From a virus (taxonomy: Duplodnaviria; Caudoviricetes): DNA of 64,000 nucleotides. Of the stretch, positions 17,368-26,602 are shown in pieces. The stretch covers positions 5,344 through 69,343 of the IMG/VR virus record IMGVR_UViG_3300000968_000002; one strand, given 5' to 3'. The notes beneath the pieces were generated by a model. That model was not told where the DNA came from, made no database searches, and saw only the letters and a list, made by a program, of their open reading frames with translations. The translations under genes were made by a program, and so were the position numbers. How positions within the stretch are numbered: the first letter of the stretch is position 1; each line of letters opens with the position of its first letter.

Positions 17368-17674
17368 CGTTTTCTTTCCTTCTGGCATAGCTCGCAGCTT
17401 CCGCTCGCTTTGCTCTTTGAGTTGCTTGGGCCTCACGCTCTTGCGCGCGAGCTATTGCGGCTGCATCTAAACGCTCGGCTTTGACGTCGAGATCGAATGC
17501 GGTCTTGAGCGCCTTGATTTCGGCCTGCGCCTCTTTTTCAATCCGGGAGTTTTCTTTCTCAAGCCAGTCTGTGTTTTTGTCTCCCGAGCCCTTCACATAG
17601 CCAACAGTGACAAGCGCTCCCATAAGGAGCGCCTGTGCAATGCCGAGACCGGCGATAGCTTTCATCGAGAGCAC
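17114..17674 (-). CDS. i-spanin (Rz-like)
   Basis: Single N-terminal TM helix then Ala/Glu/Lys-rich coiled coil. Confidence 0.7.
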   Translation of the reverse strand: MLSMKAIAGLGIAQALLMGALVTVGYVKGSGDKNTDWLEKENSRIEKEAQAEIKALKTAFDLDVKAERLDAAAIARAQEREAQATQRAKRAEAASYARRKENDELSKQLKEAQDAAAAAGDLSGLAIAPDGVRSQLADRLDKICSRRPSECNKVVRENQGTIQKPASEQPLKPVLAGYPQQGNAQR

Positions 17675-17675
17675 G

Positions 17676-17828
17676 CTATCTCAATTCTGTTTGCGTGCTG
17701 TCTGTGTTTCCGCCGCTGCCGGCACCTGAGCCAGATTCCCGAGAGGGAGAGCTCTTGCGAGCCTTAAGCTTGGTGTAGATAAAATATCCAGCGCCCGCGA
17801 GAACGATGAGTAAAACGATGTATTCCAT
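17676..17828 (-). CDS. Small single-TM membrane protein (50 aa)
   Basis: AAGGAG RBS, MEYIVLLIVLAGAGYFIYTKLK then Gly/Ser tail. Confidence 0.7.
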   Translation of the reverse strand: MEYIVLLIVLAGAGYFIYTKLKARKSSPSRESGSGAGSGGNTDSTQTELR

Positions 17829-17862
17829 TGGTGTGCTCCTTGAAGGTTGAGCCCTACCCCTA

Positions 17863-18609
17863 TCACACAAGTTTAGGTTTGTCTGCACTGACGATTCTGA
17901 TCCAAAGATCGCCCCGGTCTGCGATAGGTGCAAACTTCTTATAAAACGGCTTATAAGTCTTTCTCGACTCAGAAAGAACAACAGACTTATGACGCCATCC
18001 GCCAACGAGCGGACAGCCGAGCGTGTCTTTCGGCCAGTTTCCCGGATGCAACTGAATATAAGTATAGCCCGGAACGTCGATAAGCTCGAGGATGCCATAT
18101 CGATGCCAGTCTCCATCATCAAGATATCGCAGACGCTCTCGCTCGGCTCGACCTCGATCGTGACGCACACCAATTTTATACAAGCCCGCACTGATTGCGG
18201 TTTTCCCATAGACTTTAACTGCCTCTGGATTATCGCGATCGCACATCTCGACAATTTCATCGAAGTTAGAGTGATCGTCTTTAAGGTCAGGCAGGCGGCT
18301 TACGTCCTCGCAAACCCAACAGACATGACGCCCTTGATCGTCAACAAGCTCACCGATCTGACCATATTCAGTTTCCATTGCCCCACGATAGAGGGTCAGT
18401 CCGGGCTTGGGTTTTTCCGGTGCTCTCGGGATCGGAGCCACCGGGGCAGCTTTTTCGACGTCATTTTGCGGAAATTTCCCACCGTGAGGCGTTTTTTCGA
18501 CTTTTTCCGTGTTATCGGGGCCGGGCTTTTGCTCCTGCCTCTTAGAGGAGCTCTCATGCGCCTTCGCTATTATCGCGAAAAGTGTGGCTAAATTTCCCCA
18601 CCCTTGCAC
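17863..18609 (-). CDS. DUF5675-family endolysin candidate (L,D-transpeptidase-like)
   Basis: TAISAGLY, VPGYTYIQLHPGNWPKDTLGCPLVG; position in lysis cassette; start uncertain (GTG 18609). Confidence 0.7.
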   Translation of the reverse strand: MQGWGNLATLFAIIAKAHESSSKRQEQKPGPDNTEKVEKTPHGGKFPQNDVEKAAPVAPIPRAPEKPKPGLTLYRGAMETEYGQIGELVDDQGRHVCWVCEDVSRLPDLKDDHSNFDEIVEMCDRDNPEAVKVYGKTAISAGLYKIGVRHDRGRAERERLRYLDDGDWHRYGILELIDVPGYTYIQLHPGNWPKDTLGCPLVGGWRHKSVVLSESRKTYKPFYKKFAPIADRGDLWIRIVSADKPKLV

Positions 18610-18611
18610 AA

Positions 18612-19253
18612 TTACACCAATGGGGGATTGTCGGTGAAGACGTCCCACACCGAGGCAAGGCTATGAAACTCTGCAAACTGATCAATATCTCCATCCTGAT
18701 CTTTATCAAAAGGGCTCGACTGACCGACAAGAACCCCGAGAGGAACTCTGTCGTTTAGAGCGATAATAGGACCGCCAGACATGCCCGGGACGACTGGCTG
18801 GTATAAAAGGCCGGCAGGCGTGTCGAAAGACGGGACCGGAGACGGCAGCTCATCGATTTCAACAATCCAAGTCGGGGTGCTATATTCAGCATCACCCGCA
18901 ATCTCTTTTCTGTGCCAGTAAATCGTGCCAACTCGCGCAACCACCTCAACCGTCCCATTCGGAATGCCAAAGATCACAACGGGCTCACCCTCGATCGGCT
19001 CCCGAGGTCGCTCAATTTGAGAAAGCCCTGATCCATAAACCGCAACGTCGATTAAACCCGGGGCAACTTTTGGATTTTCCGAGATGAAGGGCGGAACCGT
19101 TCCCTCCTGCATATCGAGAACGTGCTTTGCGGAAAACCATGTGTCCGGGATGCCTTCCCAGCGCCAATAAGAGCCTGGCGCTTGTGAATTTTTGCCTTCG
19201 TGAAAATAAGGGCGCACATTTACTTTTGCATCACGCGGGGAAAAAATTGTCAT
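18612..19253 (-). CDS. Trypsin-like serine protease
   Basis: Triad motifs SAKHV, IDVAV, PGMSGGP; DKDQDGD near C-terminus. Confidence 0.8.
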   Translation of the reverse strand: MTIFSPRDAKVNVRPYFHEGKNSQAPGSYWRWEGIPDTWFSAKHVLDMQEGTVPPFISENPKVAPGLIDVAVYGSGLSQIERPREPIEGEPVVIFGIPNGTVEVVARVGTIYWHRKEIAGDAEYSTPTWIVEIDELPSPVPSFDTPAGLLYQPVVPGMSGGPIIALNDRVPLGVLVGQSSPFDKDQDGDIDQFAEFHSLASVWDVFTDNPPLV

Positions 19254-19262
19254 TTGAAAATC

Positions 19263-19643
19263 CTATTCAGCTTCTGATGCAAAAATGCAAAAATGAGGCC
19301 TTTTTTGCCCCGGCCACCTCAATAGCTTAATTTCAAGATTGAGGTTCACAACGCTCCCCTCCCCACAAATGAACTCACATTGAGTTAACCCATTAAATTT
19401 CCCACTTTCAATATCATCAGCCACCCAATCAATCCGGTCTGTATGGATATGATCCTGACTTGCAGTGATTATCGGAGCGATATTTGTTCCGGTTAATGTA
19501 GAGGCTGCTCGCTTAAGCAGCTCACAAAACCCCTGTGATATGTACCCGATTTTGTTGTCTGAATTTATATGAACAAGCGCCACGTCGCTTGATGCCAGTG
19601 TGGCGCTAGCAATTGCCATTTTTATCAAAAGATTTTCATCCAT
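19263..19643 (-). CDS. Stand-alone PAS domain protein
   Basis: VALVHINSDNKIGYISQGFCELL..LTGTNIAPII..EFICGEGSVVNLNLEIK PAS pattern. Confidence 0.75.
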   Translation of the reverse strand: MDENLLIKMAIASATLASSDVALVHINSDNKIGYISQGFCELLKRAASTLTGTNIAPIITASQDHIHTDRIDWVADDIESGKFNGLTQCEFICGEGSVVNLNLEIKLLRWPGQKRPHFCIFASEAE

Positions 19644-19647
19644 CGGA

Positions 19648-20061
19648 TTAGTCCTGATTTGTTGTCCCCACGGCTACGGTCCCACCGAGAGCCTCGAGCA
19701 GCGCTTTATGGCGTGCATTTTCTTCTGTAAGCTTTAAAATAGCATCGCGCATTTTGACCATTTCCTCCTCTAGGGCTTTCTGCCTTGCAGCAAAAGCCTG
19801 AGTTAGGTCTATACGTACTTTTTCCCGATCAGCAACCACGCGAGCAGTTTCTTGACGAGCAGGGACAACCATGCCCCGATAAGTGAATGCGACCGATGCA
19901 ATAACGGCTGCGACTGCTAAAAGAGCAACACCTCCCGGACCGCTTAGGACTGTAGAGAAGTCTCCAAGCTTACCGGAGTTTTGCAAAATCAGTGTCAGAA
20001 TAGCCATTCCGGTTACGCCGCCGCCAACAAGTAAGCTGCCGTTTCCTGAATTTTCGCTCAT
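19648..20061 (-). CDS. Holin candidate (2 TM plus C-terminal coiled coil)
   Basis: Two hydrophobic segments; first gene of the lysis cassette. Confidence 0.55.
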   Translation of the reverse strand: MSENSGNGSLLVGGGVTGMAILTLILQNSGKLGDFSTVLSGPGGVALLAVAAVIASVAFTYRGMVVPARQETARVVADREKVRIDLTQAFAARQKALEEEMVKMRDAILKLTEENARHKALLEALGGTVAVGTTNQD

Positions 20062-20131
20062 AACTAGCCCTTATAAAAAACCGCAACCCGTAATTACGCC
20101 TGTAACAATGGCTTAGATGTCTGTCACCCAT

Positions 20132-20156
20132 AAAAAACGCGCCATATGTAGGCGCG
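20132..20156 (-). terminator. Rho-independent terminator after tail operon
   Basis: CGCGCC-N7-GGCGCG followed by T6 on minus strand. Confidence 0.75.
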
Positions 20157-20181
20157 AATTTAATAATCTATATGAACAAGA

Positions 20182-20502
20182 TTAGATGTCTCCAGTCTTC
20201 TCGTCCACTAAGGGTGTGCCGTTTTTCTCAGCAAGCCTTTGCTTCGCTGCGTCTAAGGCCGGGCCAAGGCGAAAATTCATTATTTGGCGCAGCTCTTTAA
20301 GTTCCTTAAGAAGGGGAGCTGACGGGCTTTTGATGTTCTCGATTGCATAATCAAGATCCACAATAGCAGGAGCGGCCTTCGTCATCACGGACTCTGTGAC
20401 CTCGATCATATCCTCAAGGAGAGCGGTCTCCATTTCATCTTGCTTCTTTTGAGCATCCTCAGCGAGAGCGTCTATTTTTTTTTGAAAATCTGACTTTGAC
20501 AT
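20182..20502 (-). CDS. Hypothetical helical protein (tail region)
   Basis: Co-oriented ORF after the tail fibre chaperone. Confidence 0.55.
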   Translation of the reverse strand: MSKSDFQKKIDALAEDAQKKQDEMETALLEDMIEVTESVMTKAAPAIVDLDYAIENIKSPSAPLLKELKELRQIMNFRLGPALDAAKQRLAEKNGTPLVDEKTGDI

Positions 20503-20512
20503 ATTGCTTTCC

Positions 20513-20827
20513 TTATTTTGGCACCTCGGGGAATATCACGTCTTTTGGTTTCTCACAAGATTCCGTTATGTCTCGAAGTTTGTTTCGATAACTATCACAC
20601 ACCACGAGCTCTTTTTTAGTCTTGCGAGCCCTCCATGATACATTGTCCATATAATCTGTTTGAGCGAGCAGTATATTTCTTTGAGCCCTAACCTCAGCCC
20701 ATCCAGCCTCATGTCTCTTTGATTTTTTTTGAGCCGCAACTATCCGGCAGTGATCGCACCTCTTCTTTTTATCAAAGACAAATGAAGGCCTATCTCTGCC
20801 GCATTTACATCTAACCGTTTTCATGTT
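20513..20827 (-). CDS. Tail fibre assembly chaperone with N-terminal CxC/CxxC
   Basis: WAEVRAQRNILLAQTDY..YRNKLRDIT..VIFPEVP. Confidence 0.75.
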   Translation of the reverse strand, partial: NMKTVRCKCGRDRPSFVFDKKKRCDHCRIVAAQKKSKRHEAGWAEVRAQRNILLAQTDYMDNVSWRARKTKKELVVCDSYRNKLRDITESCEKPKDVIFPEVPK

Positions 20828-20832
20828 GAGCC

Positions 20833-23800
20833 TTAACTGTTTTGAGGCAAAATCGTGACCGTGCAAGTTTGCCCACTTGGAGTAGCGCTTGATGTTCCTG
20901 ATTGCGCTGTATTCGAGTACGATGTTCTGAAAAAACTAATACTCTGTATATTGGTGTTATTAGGCCCAATAGAAACACCAAATTCTTGATCTGATGTTTG
21001 CCCTATCGGCCCACCAAAAGTTTTTAAGAAGGTATGCGAAACCTCTATAACAGGATTGTTTTGCGTCGTCGTTACTGAGTCGAACCAAGCTGATGACCCT
21101 ATCGATGTCCAAATTCCTGACGATGCAGGCCGGACAAAGAACTCAAGATGACCTTGTGATGACGCGGTTTCTGGCTCTGATGGCGTGCCGTTTCCGATAT
21201 ACTGGGCTTGGAAGGTTACATCAAAAGCATAACTCCCATTCGTAGCATCCAGAGCTGAAGGTTTGTGAACAACTTCATCTGGCTCAGCGCCTACACCCGG
21301 CGTTGAATTTCCTGTTATATGATTTGATGTAGAGCCGGGAGTCGTCACTTTAGCTCGCAACGTTGCCCCTGTGCTGGATAAATTTATTAACCCGACATCA
21401 TATATCTGACCAGCTCCCAAGGGAGCCAATCCTGTGGTGTCTATCGTGAAAGCGGGTATATTAAACAAATCACTGCCGAAATTAAAACTTTCTCCATCAG
21501 AAAGCCCCGACACCTGAAAGCTTTGCAGTGCAACCGGAACCCTTCTTGTTCCAACAAGAACAGCACCTAAGGCCGCTATGTCTCCATAAAATGTTGCGTT
21601 TGTTCCAACAACATCCATCGCTCTTTGATAAACGCCGTCAACTGCATTATAGAGCGCAATCTGATCTGCGCCGAAGGCCACTGTAGATGCCGCCACACCA
21701 CCGGGTGTTAAATCGGCCTGCGCGACGATGAATGCTTCCGCGCCGGGAACCGCTGGCTCAACAGACCAATGGGCCTGCAGACGTCCTGTATTTTCCGCGA
21801 TAGTAGCGGAATTTACTGTGACACTGGCCTCTAACGAACTAACTCTGCCTGAGGCAATCTCAGCAGGCGTGGCCCGGCGTAAGCCAAACTTGTGCCATGT
21901 GATATTATTCTCAATGTTGAAGCTTCCCGCGTGGCCGTTCCAATGCGATTGTATGAAAAAACGAATCCTATCGAGGAGCCCGTGATTGAAATGGAAAAGA
22001 TCGCCATATTCATACGTTCTCCCAACAACTCCCTGCCCCTCAAGACTTCCTGAGCTTGAGGGCGTGTTCGGAAAGCTCATTACATTTTGCAAGCCAAGGA
22101 ATTGACCAGCAGCGCTAAATCCTTGCGCATACAATCCGCCACCATTTAAGGTCCCGGAGTTCAATGTGATCTGACACTCCATTACGAACCAGCCGGAGCT
22201 CAACCCGTCTAAGTCAACTCTAATTCCTGTGCTTTGACCAGCCACGCCAGTAAGGTTCATAGCATTGTCTGAAACCTGTCCGTCGACACGCGTGGCGCCT
22301 GTCGCGTTTATCCAGTTGGTATATCCGGGTGGAATTCCGCCTGTATAAACAACGAGGTTTGAGTTTGGATTTAGATGATTGGATGATAAAGCCGCTGTCT
22401 GCTCTAAAATTGTCTGAGCTGAAACAGCGTCCGCATTCGCCGCAGCCGCGCTCGCGCTTGCGTTTGAGGCGTGTCCTGCAGCAGCCGTTACTTGTAGGCC
22501 GACAGCGAGTTGAGCTGCCGATGCCGCACCAGCAGAAACCGCAGCCGCATCGCGGAAAACTAAAGCATCGCCTCTGGCGTTCTCCGCATCCACTCTAAAG
22601 CCATCAGCGGCTTGAGCATGTCCATCAGCAGCATCCCTAAAAACTAATGCTTGAGAAGCCGAGGCCACAGATGCAGCAGCGTTTAATTCAGAGGTTTTCG
22701 CCTGCGTTGAGTTTACGATTTCTAAGCGGTAAATCTCGAAAGTCCCGCCCGTTAGATTGTTGTGGTTTGGCAAATAAGCTCCACGAACAAATCGCCGTCC
22801 TAAATCCCAATCAGCCTGTGTAACCGTATATTCTCTCGTGTCCTGAACCGCATCCGTGCCGTTGAATAAGGTCAGATCAATTATATCAGCCCCGATAGTT
22901 TGATGGTTTCCATCTACAAAATTAAATCCTAGCCGGGACCTCGCTGTGGCCAGACCTGTTTTTTCGGCCATAAGTGCGGAAACCGTGAACGTATCGCCGA
23001 CAGATATCGGGAGTGCCTCTTTGTGCAAAACCCAGTCTCGTATGTCGCCCGTTCTAATCGCCCACCCATCTGATGTGCTAACCAAAGTATGAGCAGGAGC
23101 TTGAATAACCCCGCGCGACGTATCTGGAGATGAGTTAAAGTTGTCTGTAAAATAGTCATTCGCAAACTGAAATGTGGACGGGAGCCTAGTCCTGATCTGA
23201 TTTATTGTGTCATTTTGAGCTGCTATAGCGGCAATCGATGCAGTTTGAGACACCTCTGCAAAACCATCAGCGTCATCCGCGAAATCTGATGCTGATGTAG
23301 CAGCATTTGTCGCCACAGTTCGCGCGTTCTCGGCTGCTGTCTGAGCCGCTTGAGCGATACCAGCGCTTGCAGCGCTCGAGGCTGTATTGCCAAAAACGAC
23401 TAAGAGCTCTGCAACCCCGGCTGTATTTGTCGCGAGCGCGCTAGCGCTCAATGCATCTAAATCTTGGAGCGTTTGCGGCCTTCCCTGTGTTCTCTCCCAT
23501 AGGGGTTGAGCGAGATCATCCTCAGTAACGATAATGGCTACCGGAGTAGACTTTGTGTCCATATATGACGTGCGGACAAAATACTCTCCAGCCTCTGTAA
23601 TTACTTGCTCTCGACGGCTCGACGTTCCAATCAACTGAGCCGCTTGGATGTCCCCAACAGAGCCTCTATAAATTTCATAGACATAAGGACGAAAATCTGC
23701 CGGAGCATACCAAGAAAGCCAGGTTTGTAATGCTTCGTTATCAGCATTCACTTCGAGGTTTAATATTGGCGGCAAGGTTTGAGTTCCTGCGTCAACATTA

Positions 23801-26562
23801 AACTCTTTTACCGTCCATCCTCCCACTAAGCCGAGAGAGCCGATAGGGCGAACTCTAACTCGCATAGTTCCGCTTGGGACAGGGATTAAATCTCGGCTTA
23901 GTTCCTCACTTCCATCTAAAGGGGTAAACCCTGTATCTGAAAAAGAATATTCCACATCATATCTGAGAGCTCGAGCATCATTTATGGCAGACCAGCTTAT
24001 CAAAACACTAGGCACACTGCTGTCGCCGTCAATTTGCTGATATTCCAATATCGTAATGTTTTCAGGGTCAACTAAAGGCAATGGGCCTGAGGGTAAATTG
24101 CTCGTTGAAAGAGGTAAGACATTTGCCCCATTTTCAACGCGCGGCCAGCTTGTTTCATCATATCGTCTAAGCCTTAATCGCCGCCCGCCTTTTATATCGG
24201 TGACCTGTATAACTCTAAACTCTTGAAGTGCGACCTGATCTGTCTCGAGAGCCCACGGCGCATTAGGGTTAGGCGAAACGTCAAACGCGCTAGCAAGCTC
24301 AAGGGTGGCTGTAACTCCGGCGCTTGATGTCACAACTCGACTGGCTAAAACACCATCTGGCTGATGGGCGTGGATCGTATAGGTCCTTCCTGCCTCAATC
24401 GTGACGTTTCTATCGAGCGTAACAGTTGAGCCAGACACGGAGGCAATTCTCCCCCCCATACTGTTGACAGTTTTCCTTGGGTCATGAATTTTAGCCACGA
24501 CTCCCGGGTGAATATGGCTGACCTGCCGTCCTGCTTCAATTGTAGCGGACTCTCCAAGGAAGTTTTGCTCCTCCATTAACCACAGACCCAAACGATTAGC
24601 CTCACCGGCTGTTGCCGCTCCGGCCGCAGTAACACTATTCGGCTCAAATCCTATTTTTCTTACAAGGGAGGGGTCCCGAATTGTCTCCGGTTTTGGCTCA
24701 TAAAAATCATCGATATCGTTCCACCAAACAGTGACAGCACTAAATTGCCTGTCTGTCGACGCAGAGTCGTAAACAATACCTCGCTCACTGATGTTTGCCG
24801 GGACAAGCAAGATTTTATCAGCCTCGAGAACGGGCCTCTCTTGAAATAAAGAAAGACCACTTGAGCCCCAAAATGCGTGCGATCTAAATGTCGTCGCCAT
24901 TTGACGAATTAAAGTTAAGGCCTGAACACGATTGCTAATCTCCATCGAGATCGTATGCCTGAATTCAGTTCCGCCCCTTCCGTCAGGAACAAGCTGGCTG
25001 TTATAGATGGAGGCCGCATAAAAATCCCAAACCGAAACGCGTCCACCAAGAAAAGAGCCTGCTCCGAAAAAGTCGTTTGTGACAACATCGTGCAAAGCCC
25101 ACGCTGGATCATTGCAGAAAGCCTCCTTGAAAGTAACGCCATCCCAAACTCCTGAATATGTGCGCGCGACAGGGTCAAAGTTTACAGGGACAGGCATGAC
25201 GCGACCGCGCCACCTTAGCGTAATTCTTGGGTCTCCACTTCCGAGAAGCTTGGCATTAATAGAAATCCCTACATAAGCGATTCCTGGCCAATAGAATTTC
25301 TGATCAATCGTCTCTGTGACGAAATCGAGAAAAGTCTCATTTTGTAATGTCGAAGAATTACTATCGGGCGTAAGGCGCGTGACGCGAATATCCCAAGGAG
25401 CCCCGCCCTCAGGAAGCGGGATGCGATATCCACGCTGATATTTTGAGCTATTTTTACCGCTAAAACGAGCCGGGTTCACAACTGACGCGTACCCACCTCC
25501 ATTCGATTGTAGTTCAATACTGAGGTTTACGGTCGTTCGCTCGAGGGCGTTGTCTTCTGTGTCTAATTGGCTGAGCTGCGGAATACCAATCACTACATTT
25601 GCCGAGTCCACAAGGTCGTCTGTAATCGTGTAAACGATAGAACCGGAGGTGGCCGTCACCTCTCGCCCATCGACAACGCTAGCGCTTGATGACTCAAAGC
25701 CCGGAATGTGGTCTTGATCTTCATCACCTGTACGAATTTCAATCGCAAAGCCGGTAATGTTTTCCACTCCGTTTGCGTCAACAACGGGTGTGTCATTTAC
25801 ATAAACGTCTTGAAGTCCATTAACGAGGCCTACCTGCTTTCCAACTCCAACAAGGCCTAAGATTTTAGCAATTGCATTTGATACAAGCGTGTCAGGATCT
25901 TCTCTAAACGAGCCACCGCCGCCGCCGCCGCCTTTACCGCCGCCTTTTTCGTATTCAGGCGCAGCCCATCCAGACGTCCATAAAACATTTCTGAATATAT
26001 TTGAACCGCCCTGATTTGAGGAGTCTCCACCCCATGAGTGAGATGTTGTGTCTGAGATTTCGACCTGACTAGATACAACGTGAATACTGGTAAAGACGTC
26101 ACCGTAAATCAGGGATAAGGGATGCCCCTCAGATACTCTTTGCTGAGGTCGATCAATGATGCCGGACGAGACACCTTCTCTCTCAAGGTCGTTAGAGTCC
26201 AGTCCTGCGGGCAGTGGTGCGAAAAGTGCCGCCCCAACAAAGGCACCAATAATGCCAATTCCAGCGACAAGTAAGATTGTCTCTACGCCAGACTGTAACC
26301 CCTCGGGGATAATATGAACCGTGTCACAATCCCCAAGTGGAAACTTCAAGGTCTCAGGCGCTACAGACTTCCGCTCAACACCTTTCCCTTTGGTTTTCCA
26401 TATTTTCCAGCTTCCATTGAGGGTAACGGATCGAGTTTCCGGGAACATGGCCCATAGAGCCGCAAAAATATCTCTTGGAGTATTGACGCCTAAAGAGATT
26501 TCACTCTCACCGACGATCTCTGCTATGCGTCCATAAAGCCTGATTTTACGAAGTGCTGTCAT
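20833..26562 (-). CDS. Tail tip protein: lambda gpI-like N-terminus fused to gpJ central fibre
   Basis: KIRLYG..V.TPR...AL (gpI-like), GGGKGGG linker, conserved J core (EAFCNDPAW, WNDIDDFYEP), FN3-like and Ala-rich distal regions. Confidence 0.9.
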   Translation of the reverse strand: MTALRKIRLYGRIAEIVGESEISLGVNTPRDIFAALWAMFPETRSVTLNGSWKIWKTKGKGVERKSVAPETLKFPLGDCDTVHIIPEGLQSGVETILLVAGIGIIGAFVGAALFAPLPAGLDSNDLEREGVSSGIIDRPQQRVSEGHPLSLIYGDVFTSIHVVSSQVEISDTTSHSWGGDSSNQGGSNIFRNVLWTSGWAAPEYEKGGGKGGGGGGGSFREDPDTLVSNAIAKILGLVGVGKQVGLVNGLQDVYVNDTPVVDANGVENITGFAIEIRTGDEDQDHIPGFESSSASVVDGREVTATSGSIVYTITDDLVDSANVVIGIPQLSQLDTEDNALERTTVNLSIELQSNGGGYASVVNPARFSGKNSSKYQRGYRIPLPEGGAPWDIRVTRLTPDSNSSTLQNETFLDFVTETIDQKFYWPGIAYVGISINAKLLGSGDPRITLRWRGRVMPVPVNFDPVARTYSGVWDGVTFKEAFCNDPAWALHDVVTNDFFGAGSFLGGRVSVWDFYAASIYNSQLVPDGRGGTEFRHTISMEISNRVQALTLIRQMATTFRSHAFWGSSGLSLFQERPVLEADKILLVPANISERGIVYDSASTDRQFSAVTVWWNDIDDFYEPKPETIRDPSLVRKIGFEPNSVTAAGAATAGEANRLGLWLMEEQNFLGESATIEAGRQVSHIHPGVVAKIHDPRKTVNSMGGRIASVSGSTVTLDRNVTIEAGRTYTIHAHQPDGVLASRVVTSSAGVTATLELASAFDVSPNPNAPWALETDQVALQEFRVIQVTDIKGGRRLRLRRYDETSWPRVENGANVLPLSTSNLPSGPLPLVDPENITILEYQQIDGDSSVPSVLISWSAINDARALRYDVEYSFSDTGFTPLDGSEELSRDLIPVPSGTMRVRVRPIGSLGLVGGWTVKEFNVDAGTQTLPPILNLEVNADNEALQTWLSWYAPADFRPYVYEIYRGSVGDIQAAQLIGTSSRREQVITEAGEYFVRTSYMDTKSTPVAIIVTEDDLAQPLWERTQGRPQTLQDLDALSASALATNTAGVAELLVVFGNTASSAASAGIAQAAQTAAENARTVATNAATSASDFADDADGFAEVSQTASIAAIAAQNDTINQIRTRLPSTFQFANDYFTDNFNSSPDTSRGVIQAPAHTLVSTSDGWAIRTGDIRDWVLHKEALPISVGDTFTVSALMAEKTGLATARSRLGFNFVDGNHQTIGADIIDLTLFNGTDAVQDTREYTVTQADWDLGRRFVRGAYLPNHNNLTGGTFEIYRLEIVNSTQAKTSELNAAASVASASQALVFRDAADGHAQAADGFRVDAENARGDALVFRDAAAVSAGAASAAQLAVGLQVTAAAGHASNASASAAAANADAVSAQTILEQTAALSSNHLNPNSNLVVYTGGIPPGYTNWINATGATRVDGQVSDNAMNLTGVAGQSTGIRVDLDGLSSGWFVMECQITLNSGTLNGGGLYAQGFSAAGQFLGLQNVMSFPNTPSSSGSLEGQGVVGRTYEYGDLFHFNHGLLDRIRFFIQSHWNGHAGSFNIENNITWHKFGLRRATPAEIASGRVSSLEASVTVNSATIAENTGRLQAHWSVEPAVPGAEAFIVAQADLTPGGVAASTVAFGADQIALYNAVDGVYQRAMDVVGTNATFYGDIAALGAVLVGTRRVPVALQSFQVSGLSDGESFNFGSDLFNIPAFTIDTTGLAPLGAGQIYDVGLINLSSTGATLRAKVTTPGSTSNHITGNSTPGVGAEPDEVVHKPSALDATNGSYAFDVTFQAQYIGNGTPSEPETASSQGHLEFFVRPASSGIWTSIGSSAWFDSVTTTQNNPVIEVSHTFLKTFGGPIGQTSDQEFGVSIGPNNTNIQSISFFRTSYSNTAQSGTSSATPSGQTCTVTILPQNS

Positions 26563-26602
26563 AAGTGAGCCTGTAGCAGCATTTTTATATCGTGAGCAAT
26601 TC

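Noticed and set aside
17989-18591. 200-aa plus-strand ORF in the lysis region
   Set aside because: Antisense to the DUF5675 gene; no RBS or motifs
25915-25950. GGC-rich repeats here and at 30265-30290 and 43290-43350
   Set aside because: They encode ordinary Gly-rich linkers in J, tape measure and SSB
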